The position numbers and the translations under genes were made by a program. A stretch of DNA of 63,611 bases, the filler included, from Lenisia limosa (Eukaryota > Protista > Breviatea): the NCBI GenBank assembly GCA_001655205.1. It is 10 parts of 10 records of this genome, joined end to end, with 100 filler letters (N's around TTAATTAATTAA, not from the genome) between each part and the next. Parts side by side here need not be neighbours in the genome. Positions count along the whole stretch, not along the records: positions 52,920 to 54,241 come from LPNZ01004895.1; positions 54,342 to 55,713 come from LPNZ01005906.1; positions 55,814 to 57,481 come from LPNZ01001177.1; positions 57,582 to 63,611 come from LPNZ01009169.1; 6 more parts are not named here. The stretch is one strand, 5' to 3'. This document shows positions 52,923 through 63,611 of the stretch, one piece after another (the first letter of the stretch is position 1; each line of letters starts with the position of its first letter). A model generated the notes under the pieces. The model saw nothing but the letters and a program-made list of their open reading frames with translations. It made no database searches and had not been told where the DNA came from.

Positions 52923-54035
52923 CCGTATAACCCCCCCCCCCAGGCTGTATGGACAGAAAGTGACGAAAAAGAGCTTCAAAGGCTACAAAGCGCTATGAAG
53001 GTGGTTCGAAGATTTATATGATATCGATATTTTGAGAGATGAGAAATAAAAAATAAGGTTGTATCTGGCCAAAGCTGTCCACACCATCACGCGTATAAGA
53101 GATATTTAATTATAGCATAAAATTAATTCACCCANNNNNNNNNNNNNNNNNNNNNNNNNNNNNNNNNNNNNNNNNNNNNNNNNNNNNNNNNNNNNNNNNN
53201 NCACACAGCTTTCTGGGTGCCTCCTTCATAACAAATCTGACTAGTTTGTAGGGCATTTGCACATTCGGAGAGGACCCTGAAGAGGAGAAAGCTAGGAGGA
53301 TGAGGAGACGAATGGTGGGAATGGGAACTGTTCGGTTTCAAAAATTTCCCAGCCAAGATAATCCACCCTCACAACACATATTACACACACACACACAACG
53401 CATGTGTTTTATTTATTTCCCAAATTTTTATTCATGTACCTTATTCTTGCACTCAAGAAAACAATCATTTCTCAGGCAAGAAAAGACCAAGTGGAACGCA
53501 GGCAGTTGCGGAAGAGGCTGAATCACGAATCTGAAATCCGCGGTAGGTAGTGAGATTTCGGGGGGTTTACTTTTTGCTTTGGGCTTGGTTTTGAGTATTT
53601 CTTATGATATTTTTTTGATTGGTATAATTGGGATATAGCTCACTCTACCCCAGAACAAATAGTTATGGAGAGTAGTATATCGTATGGTACATAGCTTTCG
53701 ATATATCTTTTCATGCTTTTGCTGAATGTGATCAAAGCCAATTCACGATTTTAACGTTTTAGCGAAATTTTAACGTTTTAGCGAAGTCACGTGACCGGCC
53801 ATGGGCCCAACCCGCAGCAGCCCCCCATGAGAAATGGGGCGGCGGCCAGGGGGCCTTGGATTTCAGCTTTGAAGAAGAGTCCCAGCGGGCCAAAGTGGGA
53901 AGTATATTATTTCATTTTTTTGTTTTGATAATATTATCCATTCCTACTTTATCCATTCTTAATTAATATTATTTCAGACGCGTGACAGGCGACTAAAACC
54001 TTGGGAGATCAAAAAAACGAAAAAACCCTCGTTGT
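52923..54035 (+). CDS. Fragmentary exons of an unidentified coiled-coil-rich gene
   Basis: Exons AVWTESDEKELQRLQSAMK; ARKDQVERRQLRKRLNHESEIR; APHEKWGGGQGALDFSFEEESQRAK; TRDRRLKPWEIKK, each with AG/GT ends; flanked by gaps. Confidence 0.4.
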
Positions 54036-54494
54036 GGGGGGGGGGAGGCTTCGGCCAGTTACTTCATTTACATATAACAAGGCTGCGTCTGGCTGAAGCC
54101 GTCCACACCATCACACTTAGAAAAAGATGCTTGATTGCTAGTGTTATATTAATTCACCCAATCAGTTGCCTTACACTCTACATAAGTGGCCGAGTTTGGC
54201 CTTGACCGCGTATTTGGCCTTGACCGCGTATTTGGCCTTGANNNNNNNNNNNNNNNNNNNNNNNNNNNNNNNNNNNNNNNNNNNNTTAATTAATTAANNN
54301 NNNNNNNNNNNNNNNNNNNNNNNNNNNNNNNNNNNNNNNNNGAGCCACATATACCTTGGTAATGAGGGAAAGCGCCTTCAGTTGCAGACCCAGTGCTACC
54401 TGGAAAAGTCAAACTAACAATTGGTATTAAATTTAGAGTACAGTTTAATATTAAATTAAAATTAAATGCAAAAAGCAAAGTCAAATTATATATC

Positions 54495-55110
54495 TCCTTG
54501 ATTGACTTCGTTGCCAAGTCCTTTGTCATCCCAATTGACGCCTCTGACGATTCTGCCAAGGCAGCCTACGTGAAAATTTCCAAACAACGGACCAAGTCTT
54601 CAATTCTGTTTGGTGGTGACAACTTGCTAATATTTCGGCGATAGGTTTGCTGTCACTTTGGTTTACATTATTCCAAACAGTCTGTCAATCTTCAGGAAAT
54701 AAGAAAAACCCAGCCTCTCGCTTCTCAGGTGAAGTCAATCGACCTCATTCAGGGCAAGATCGCCTCAGTGGTGTGTGCCACACGTCTCGCATTACTAGTG
54801 TGGCCAGCTTGGTGGCCTGGAAGGTCTTCAAAAATGCATTCCATCTTGCACCTGTTGGCGTGTTTCTTTTTTTATTATTATGTAAAACCATTCATTGTCT
54901 ATTTCAGGGTTTTTGACATTTTCAGATGTGCAAGCAGTAAGTAAAAAGGTGATTGGTTCCTTGGGACTCCACGCTCCCGTTTACCGCTTGTCTTCAAGTG
55001 GCCGACCAATGCCCGAAATGCTCTTACTCTGAAGGCCACTTCCCACCCCAGTATCCCAAAATGATCATACACCTCTTGAGATCTTCCAATCTCGCCCAAC
55101 GTCAGTATGT
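54495..55110 (+). pseudogene. Possible decayed non-LTR reverse-transcriptase fragment
   Basis: SSILFGGDNLLIF (compare RT LFADDLLIF), then HFGLHYSKQS and QLGGLEGL in shifting frames with stops; similarity judged by eye only. Confidence 0.25.
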
Positions 55111-55617
55111 TTGGTGTGATAGTATTGTAGTTTTTTAGTCTCATGTAAACATGCTCTCATAGTATTTTATGGATGAGTCTCCTCCCTCTTCCTCTATGCT
55201 TCTCATCTTTTGTTTAACAATATCGTCCAGTTTGATGGGGTTTGAAGAACATTTTCTTAAAACCTCCACTATGCAGACTCTCGCGTTAACGTGAAATTAA
55301 GTAAATTATTAAACTTCGATTACTCAGGCGAAAACAATAAAAGGTTATTATAGTACAGTTAAAGTAAGATAAGATTAAATTCTTCAATTGATACTCAAAT
55401 AAAGTTAATTTAAGTAAAATGAAAGTAAATATTTGAAGTAAATTGAAGTTAAATTGAAGCTGCATAATAAATAATTGAAAGTTAAAGTAAAATATAAGAA
55501 AAAGTGCCCTCAACCCAGGATAAGTCATGACCGATTTGCTATAATTTCCCAAGAAAAATCGGTCAAGCCTTAGACTGGTTACTCTATATCAAGATTAACC
55601 CCCCATCCCCCCCACAG

Positions 55618-58600
55618 TGGCGATAACGGACTGGGCCGCATTGGTTCGGTCCAGGTTATCAATGCAGTTGGTCCGGATAATGCCAAATTGGCGGCTCTGC
55701 TGAGACTGTCCAGNNNNNNNNNNNNNNNNNNNNNNNNNNNNNNNNNNNNNNNNNNNNTTAATTAATTAANNNNNNNNNNNNNNNNNNNNNNNNNNNNNNN
55801 NNNNNNNNNNNNNTTTACTTTTTACTGAGCTTGAAAGATTTTTTCAAGGCTTCTGCATCTGTAAACCTAACCAAATAGATTTTGCATTTAATCATTGTTT
55901 AGAATTCCCCAATTACTCAAGTCTCTCCGGCAGCTGTTGCCCGGCAAGCAAAGAAAGCCAAGTCAGAAGTAGTGGATGAGGTCCACGAGTCCCGGCCAAA
56001 ATTTGGTAGGCAGCATTTTTAACTAAATGTTCAATGTGTTTTTTTCATTGGTTGTCATATCGGCCTTCATTTCGGACATATATTTCTAGATTCCTAGTGA
56101 ATAATGGGATAACATATCATAGATATACATGTAGTTTATATGTGAGATGTCATATAGTATACATATACTGGCGGTCATCTTAATTATTTTCCCGTGATAA
56201 ACTTGTTCACCCAATTTTGTTTTTTGGAAATTTAATAGACATGTACAAGGGGAATTTCACGTAGCACAAATTTGACAAGAGGTTGAGACGGTATACCAAG
56301 GGATATACTGTCCAAAATTTTGAAAACCTGACACTGATTGCCAATCGTTCTAGCAATTTTATAAAACAAAACAAAATGATATCGAAGTACTTTTCACAAA
56401 CTCTTTTTCCTTTCATATCATTAATTGATCTACTATGTCTTATACTATACAGTGACTGGGCTTGACCGATTTTCTTGGTGATTCATAGTAAATCGGTCAA
56501 GACTAAACCCGGTCACAATATAAAACTATGTAGCTATGTAAGAAAAGGAATAATCCTTTCCAATACTTTTTGCGTCCAGCAAGCAATGGAATGATCGCCT
56601 TAAAGGCGAACTTGATATTGTCACGATATTCACCCTAAGGCAGGTAACACTCAATAAAGCCGAGGATATGTCAGCAAAATCCCGACCCCCCCCCTCTACA
56701 CAATCTATCTATTGGACTTACAAAAACTATATACCTTGATAGCAAGGTCGAAGTCATGAAATTGGTAGAGCACTTTATGCAGGGAAAACAAGCGGCCTGA
56801 AGGGGTATCCCAAACTGAGTAGCCACTGGCCACTTAGGGAATGGGGGATTTGGCAAAGGAGCGGACGTCATCATTGGAGTTTTAAAATCTTGAATTAGAA
56901 TAATACACATACAGAACTTTGTTAGTGACACTCTAGCAGTATTAAGGATCACCATCCTCCAATGATTCGTATGCCCATGCTCATATGAAGAGAATAATGC
57001 AGAAGAGCCTCAAAGAGCACACTCGAAGCCATGGAACCCAGTATGAAAGAACAAATATTTTCATTTTGTAGTATATCCCAAGAGCAGCTGGCCAGTATCA
57101 TGAGGCATGTTCTATACTCTGTTTCCACAGAAGTTATCAAGAAGCGTATAAAAACATGTGGCTTTTCAATTGACAAATACTAGCCAATGGCTATTCCTGA
57201 CAAGTCCTATGGCCCAGGCAAGGCTTATCGTTTCCCAGACTACCCCGACTCGTGTGACTCTGAGTACAAAGCATCCCTCTTTTCTGAAGCAAACATGTCA
57301 GCTCCCCCAGGAACTGTCAACTTATGCACAATGTCACCTGCTGACATCACATTCCAAGTGGAGGCTTCAGAACGGGAACAGGCCGACGCCAGGACGCAGC
57401 TTGCGGAATGCCCCGTTATTGCTGAACTTGGAGATGAGATTTCCGTTGCCAAGCGAGCATATTCCACTGCTTCAACTGCTGNNNNNNNNNNNNNNNNNNN
57501 NNNNNNNNNNNNNNNNNNNNNNNNNTTAATTAATTAANNNNNNNNNNNNNNNNNNNNNNNNNNNNNNNNNNNNNNNNNNNNGATTCGATGAGCTGGCCCG
57601 CGAGCGATCTTGAAACGTAGTTCTCAAATGCTTCGTCCTGGACAAATCAATCTCACCCTAATTTGGCCATCCACATGTAATTTCTTTCAGGTATTCGGAT
57701 ACATAATAATCTCTTTAAGGCAGCCACCAAAACAAGGTCTGTTTTTTTTTCTCATTAGTTACCTACAGTGACCGAGATAAGCCTTGACCGATTTTCCTTG
57801 GGAAGTCATAAAGCAGCAAATCGGTCATGGCTTATCCCGGTCACTGTATATCACATAGCAGATTCGGTCAAGACTTATCCCGACCACTGTATATCACATA
57901 GCAACTCGGTCATGACTTGTCCCGGTCACTGTAAATTGCAAGCTCCACAGTGGATAACACCGCCGCCCCCACCTCATCCACGTCCACGATGTCGGCGAAG
58001 TTGACTTCACCCGGCCGGAGGACCACACCCCTCGAGAGCTTTTGCTGCGTGGTAAAAAAGGATATGGGCAAGGATATGCAGGAAAGTCGACAACAATCTT
58101 TGAAACTCTAGATAAAACGCTACCATATGATATAACATCAGAAGATCATTTAAAGCGATTACAAATCTCAGAATTATGTTCTTGAAAATGAAACTGTAGT
58201 TGTAAAATAATAGACTGTGATTGTATTCGCATCCCTTTTGAAAAGCTATGAAAAATGATTGCTTTTAGGGTGCATGTATGAGAGCCTTCAATAAAACAGT
58301 ATGTAGGGCTTTACTTCGGTTCGAAAAAGACCAGTAAAATATCGATAATTTTCGAGGATTTATCGAGAAATTCAGTCTTTTTTCGAACCGAAGTGAAGCC
58401 CTAGTGGTTAAGCAGTAGCAGGGGGAGGTGGTTGGTGTTATTTACAAGTCCCGAAAAATGCCTAGAAAGGTAAATAATGCGTTCATAGTTTCCAAAGCAA
58501 CTAAGGTAAATAATGCTGACATAATTCCCAAGGCAACTAAGGGATCGTCAAATGGCAGGGGAACGTGGGTTTGTTCGGTCGGGGTATTTGGGGGGGGGGG

Positions 58601-60273
58601 GTCTNNNNNNNNNNTGTTTCATGAATTTCCTTCCTTTCACACCCGAAGGCCTTCACACGTTTTCCCTCGCGCAGCTGGTGCATTTGCACGCAGTACAATC
58701 AGCGGCTGTTTTTCTTCCTGTCCTCACAGTGGGAGGTATATATTATGAGGATGGTTAATAGAGCTTCACTTCGGTTCGAAAAAGACCGGTAAAATATCGA
58801 TAATTTTCGAGGATTTATCGAGAAATTCAGTCTTTTTTCGAACCGCAGTGAAGCCGTAAGCAGTTATCTGTTACTACGTTTGGTTTTCAACCTATTTTTT
58901 AAACAATAGAAATGTACGTCAGCCAACAGAGTTAATTTGGGCTTTTTTTTGTTTCATCAAATTTCACTCCCCCCCCCCCNNNNNNNNNNTTATGATAATG
59001 CTCGTAGAATTCCGTTGCAGTTCATGTCCTTTCCTCAATTCTCCCCCCGGACTTTTCCATCAGCCAACTTTCTCAGTTCACAGCGCTAATCAGGTCGTCG
59101 ATAATGAAACGTGGGGGTGCAGGAATCAGGTAGTCGATAATGAAACGTGGGGGGGTGCAGGAAAATATAAAAAAAATGGGAGGAAGAGGAAGAGGAAGAG
59201 AGAAAGAAGAAGATGAAGAAGAAGGAGAAGGAAAATTGGGGTAATATGTAACATGATGGGGATGGCTGAAAGAAGAATACATGGTATAAAATGATGGGTG
59301 ATTATGTAAGTGCCGACAAGTTATGACATAAGTCTCAATAATTTGAGTTTAAAGGAGAGAAGAGATCTTGTATTGATAATGAAACGTGGGGTGGACAATA
59401 CATGGTCTCATACAATACACTAAGTCGATTCACTTTCGGTTCCGCACCTGTAAAATATCGATATTTATCGAGGACTTATCGAGGATTTATCGAGAAGTTC
59501 AGTAACCGAAAGTGAAGCTCTAACACTAAGCATCCCCCCTCCTCCATAAAAGCCACACTCACAACCTCCAGTACTCACACAGTCAAAATTTCCTCTATCC
59601 TGGGACCTTGGTGTGTTTGACGATGATTTTGACGGCCTTGAAAAGGTAGTGCTAGGGAAGTAGCGAACGAATCAGGGGGTGTAGCGAATGAAAATACTAT
59701 ACTCCCAAGAATTGTACGAATCTTAGGAATTTTGTACTTAGGGGTCAAAATCGTACTTGGTTTACTGAAAGACTGAATTTCCCAATAAGAAGTCCTCGAT
59801 AAATATTGCTGTTTTGGCAGGTATTTCTGCGTTCCCTCTCTCGGGATGAACCCCATGTTATCTTCATTATTTCGCATAAGTTCCCTACTACGACACATCA
59901 TCAACACAACATGGTAAATCTATACAATACGTTTAATTCCTAAGTCCCAAAAGGGTTTAAGGTCTCTTAGTAACATTCCAGTTGGAAAGTATGGCAATGG
60001 AGGCAGCGGAAGGTCCTGCGCAATTCGAAGCAAATCGCCTGGCTAAAGCCCTGGTTGAGAAAACTATCACCATCCACGAAGCTGCTATGGTTTGCCGAGG
60101 GTGTTGGGGGAGTGTACCCTCAGGATTGGCCTGGGCTTTTCTTGTTTTCAACAGTTTATTTTGGGCTTTGTTTTTTGTTTCATAAATTGTACGCTGGAGT
60201 GAGGGGATGCAGTGCAGAAGCGACTGTCCTNNNNNNNNNNAACTCTCTAACGATCATGTTGTTGCCATGAAGT
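55618..60273 (+). CDS. Multi-exon gene(s) of unknown function, gap-interrupted
   Basis: Plausible exons: GDNGLGRIGSVQVINAVGPDNAKL; NSPITQVSPAAVARQAKK; KQWNDRLKGELDIVTIF; ORF 57187-57480; GLHTFSLAQLVHLHAVQ; HVLSSILPPDFSISQLSQF; DLGVFDDDFDGLEK|VFLRSLSRDEPHVIFIISH; LESMAMEAAEGPAQFEANRLAKAL. May be two genes. Confidence 0.35.
57766..57846. mobile_element. Tc1/mariner-type MITE (~80 bp); related copies at ~9185-9261, 49412-49490, 55517-55575, 56451-56520, plus partial tandem copies to ~57932
   Basis: TA|CAGTGACCGAGATAAGCCTTGACCGATTT...AAATCGGTCATGGCTTATCCCGGTCACTG|TA: ~29-bp TIRs beginning CAGTG, with TA flanks. Confidence 0.8.
59425..59522. mobile_element. Copy of the TAGGG-MITE flanked by an 8-bp direct repeat (ACACTAAG)
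   Basis: acactaag at 59417-59424 and 59523-59530; the left TIR is degenerate. Confidence 0.65.
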
Positions 60274-60391
60274 AGAGGTTAAGCCAGTTTATGTTTATGA
60301 TTATGTGTTATTTGATTATGTAGTAATTTTTCTATCCCATGGTCATGATCTTCGGAAGTTTCAGTTTCTATGATTATCTTCCAAAACTCTA

Positions 60392-60538
60392 CACTAAGGC
60401 ACATCGACTTGGGAGTCTTGTGACAACGGTGGAATTCTCGTGGTTACATGGAAATCCCACAAAATTTTATGGAAATTCGAAGAGATTTTGGAATTCCCAA
60501 ATAATAACAGGGAATCCCAAGTCGATGCGCCGTGGTGT
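60392..60538. mobile_element. ~147-bp MITE with ~20-bp TIRs and TA flanks
   Basis: TA|CACTAAGGCACATCGACTTGGGAG...GAATCCCAAGTCGATGCGCCGTGGTG|TA. Confidence 0.7.
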
Positions 60539-61859
60539 ATCATCAACCATTTCGTTTTTTCTTTAAAGTGGGAGTCCACTTACAGGTATACGGAAATTAT
60601 CCTCAAAACCCCCACCTAAGTTTCCCCGGTCCATCCGAGGGTCCAGTCTAAATGGAAAATGAAAAAAGAATCACTGTATGAAAGTCAAAGAACACGCTCC
60701 ATCGCAAAATCCATCGTTTATTCTTTGCCGGTGTTTTTCATACATACTAACTGGCCAACGTTCCATGGTGACAACGACTGGACATTCCATGATATTTATC
60801 CCGGAGAGCTTTAAGATCAAAGCCCAGGCTGTATGAGGAAATAAAAACTTGATTATCCTAAGGATGATCAAAGCTCCAATTAAACACAAATCACGATAAG
60901 ATACATGATGATTAATACAAATTCAAAATAATGAAAATAGAGGAATAGTTCTCGAGAAAAACAAATGATTAATCAAGATCATGAGGCGCCTTTTGACAGT
61001 AAATATATGTTTTTTTGTCAATTTTAATCGATTAAGCCTCTTGGGTGAACAGTTAGGCTTTTATTTTTTATTGTTTTCAAAAATAAAAACATTGTCGGTC
61101 AATTAGAAATACATTCCATCCATGTTGATAGCACTCCTATCAAAGAACAATTGCTATGCAATCTGAGTTTGGTACACTGTCGCCCCTGCGTTGGTAAGGA
61201 AAACAATAGGAAATCAACAGTTCCGTTCAGATTGACGATAACAATAAACATATATAGTATATCATATATATATGTATATAAATATAAATATATATATCAC
61301 ACCGTTCATAAATATGTGCAAAATGCCGATATGCGTGCAAAATCTGGTTCTTCCTTCTTTATTATGCTCTGAGTCACGTTTCTTCGAGACAGTGTGCTGA
61401 AATAGTACATATGAGAGTTTTTCAAACGATTACCAGGTTATTTTTCAATACAATTTAAAAAGAGAAGAGAAAAAATATAATAAAGAAAAAAACGAAAAAA
61501 AAAAACGACTACACCTGGGTTGTCTTGTTCACATGTCCATCAGTTTGGTGATGGTCACCCATTTATAANNNNNNNNNNNNNNNNNNNNNNNNNNNNNNNN
61601 NNNNNNNNNNNNNNNNNNNNNNNNNNNNNNNNNNNNGAGAACCCCCTCTTCAAAATTTTAGTAATATTTTTTCATGATTTTCGAAAATTTTACATCTTGA
61701 TAGTTTGAAGAGACGGACAACAACAGAATCTATTTTGAGGTTGGTTTTGGGATCAATCTCTATGATGTCAGGTGATTGACATTGATTTTCTAGGATGGTA
61801 TGGTGCTAATACGCAATATTCGTATTATTCAAGGTGGAGCGAAGCATGCAAAATGGAAG

Positions 61860-62750
61860 GGTTTACAATCAGATTTTGAGGGCGATGTCGTATATTAACA
61901 AAGCATGTGAAGGAAAGGATGGCATTGAAGCTGATGAGACAGGAGTCAAAGAATGATTTTACGCCCGTGAAGGAATTGTTGAATTTTACTTAAGTGCTTG
62001 TCTTTCACTCCATGATGGAGACAATGTATCAGGTTGGAAGACATTTGGTTTGTAAAACTGTAGATCTTGACCTTTCCAAAAAATTATCAGAAACACTTGA
62101 AGATGTGAGTGAGGAAGCACTACTAGGTTTCAGCATTGATGTCAGAAAAGCTTTGGAAAGTATTTCTGCAATTATTTGCAACAAGCAAAAAACAGGACTA
62201 TGAAAGCGGCTCGAGTTCTCTCTGGATATTATCTCGAATCTACCCCTGATGCCAGTATTTCTCCTCGTAATATCCTGTTCTCTGATGAAACAGCGTTTAT
62301 GGGAAAATTCTTTGGTGACTTTGAGGGTAACCCCCAAATGTCATGTCTTACTGTGCTGTCTTTGGCTGGGGAAATGTGGGTGGATACCTTATTGGTGGGG
62401 ATGATATCGCAGACCAAGCTGTGGAAATGAACAAAGTAGAAGGCGCTACAATGCACCACACCCATCCATTGGCCACTGGAACCTGGTTTAAGTCTTCATT
62501 GGACCGTATTGGAGGATGGGGGAGTGATTTTGATGAATCAGGTGAAGATCGTAATGTATTAGCTCCTTCGAAACAGGTGATTGAAGATGACAAGGAATCT
62601 CTATATAAGTGTGGTGGAGTGTCAAAACCAGCAATGTTCTCAATTCCCACATATACTGCCGCTATCCGAACTGTTTCTGTGGATCGCTCTAGTCGTCCCA
62701 GCAATCCTGTTGGCAATATGACGGATGGTCATAGCATACTCCTCTGAGGT
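61860..62750 (+). pseudogene. Degenerate pogo/Tc1-mariner DDE transposase
   Basis: Intronless, frameshifted and stop-containing coding-like stretch: ISPRNILFSDETAF (first catalytic D-type motif), SYCAVFGWGNVGGYLIG, FSIPTYTAAIRTVSVDRS (compare P-x-T..D near the third D). Confidence 0.5.
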
Positions 62751-63214
62751 ATGACTAAACGAACAATTCACATTCTTGCTGTCCCTTTCATTCTTTCAAG
62801 TGTTTGGTCTTCTTACCGGAGTTGAACCTTCATTGACGTCTCAGCATCTTCAGGTTTGTAAATAGTAACCTCTAATTGTAACCACAGTCCAATGACTCAT
62901 ACGTCCATGCACATATAAAAAAACTCATGGTTGATATGCTCAATTCACATAGGCGCACAGAAGGTAACAAGTAAGAAGGCTCCGTTAACTGTCACGTTCT
63001 TCACAATTATTAATGTATGTCAGGATATCCCAAGAGCAGATGTCAACATGCATGCGGTCTGTTTTCAATAAAGTCAACAAAGATGTCATTCAGATGAGTA
63101 TCAAAAATGTGGATTTTCATTGACGGGTTATTTTGTGTAATTCGATCTAGGTACAGGTGCACTAGCGGTCAGGGTAGAAACCACAAAAAAAAACAAAACA
63201 AGAAGTGCACGCTG

Positions 63215-63246
63215 AAGAGGAAGAGGAAGAGGAAGAGGAGGAGGAA
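63215..63246 (+). repeat. (GAAGAG)n microsatellite; a similar purine tract lies at ~59180-59235
   Basis: Direct inspection. Confidence 0.9.
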
Positions 63247-63528
63247 AATAACTCTTCTTAAACAATACACTTTTGATTCACAAAACTTCGAAACTGTAAA
63301 ACAAAACTGTTGTAAGAGGTTTAAACTGATATGGGGCTGGAACGCAACGAAATTGAGACAAAACAATACTCTGAACAAGAAAAAGTGCAAAACCAGATTT
63401 TGCACACATATCGGCATTTCACATATTTATGAACGGTGTGATATATTTACACAGATAATCAGGCCAAAGCTGTAGACACACTGATTATATCTCCACGTTA
63501 CCCCTCCGCAATAAAGGACCCCGAACTT

Positions 63529-63611
63529 GGGCTTCACTTCGGTTCAAAAAAACTTGGGAAAATATCGATAGTTTTTGAGGATTTATCGAGATTTTCAGTC
63601 TTTTTTTCGAA
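63529..63611. mobile_element. TAGGG-MITE copy truncated by the window end
   Basis: gggcttcacttcggttcaaaaaa...aatatcgatagtttttgaggatttatcgag..ttcagtcttttttcgaa. Confidence 0.85.

Noticed and set aside
57975-58046. Minus-strand exon candidate QKLSRGVVLRPGEVNFADIVDVDE
   Set aside because: An equally plausible plus-strand reading exists and surrounding evidence favours a plus-strand gene; strand cannot be decided.
63107-63475. Lys/Arg-rich ORF and its hydrophobic antisense ORF
   Set aside because: Products of A-rich and (GAAGAG)n low-complexity sequence.
1-63611. tRNA, rRNA or other structured RNA genes
   Set aside because: No cloverleaf, Pol III A/B boxes or rRNA signatures recognised by eye; tRNAscan-SE or Infernal would be needed to exclude them.

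Overview
Eukaryotic nuclear draft-assembly scaffold, AT-rich and very intron-dense, with many N gaps (several holding an artificial TTAATTAATTAA spacer). Gene content suggests a non-animal, non-fungal protist (inference). Because exons are short, the ORF track captures only fragments, so gene models below were spliced by hand using GT-AG rules. Recognisable genes: a ~13-kb RCC1-like/Cys-rich multi-pass membrane receptor-like gene, CTU1, a SYP7-type Qc-SNARE, a divergent RAD51 paralog, an RWD+RING protein, an ankyrin-repeat protein, farnesyltransferase beta (FNTB) and a major-vault-protein-like/SPFH gene. There are also several secreted or unknown multi-exon genes, at least three MITE families and decayed transposase relics. 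The strongest unexplained signal is intron architecture. (1) A dispersed repeat family lies sense to its host genes and repeatedly ends at the intron 3' splice site (introner-like). (2) A second intronic family is also sense-oriented. (3) Donors are often followed by G-runs and acceptors preceded by C-runs. (4) Exon-end plus donor units are repeatedly tandem-duplicated. (5) Some introns are only 28-29 nt. (6) An antisense spliced exon chain sits inside a SNARE intron. No database searches were run; coordinates of hand-built models are approximate.
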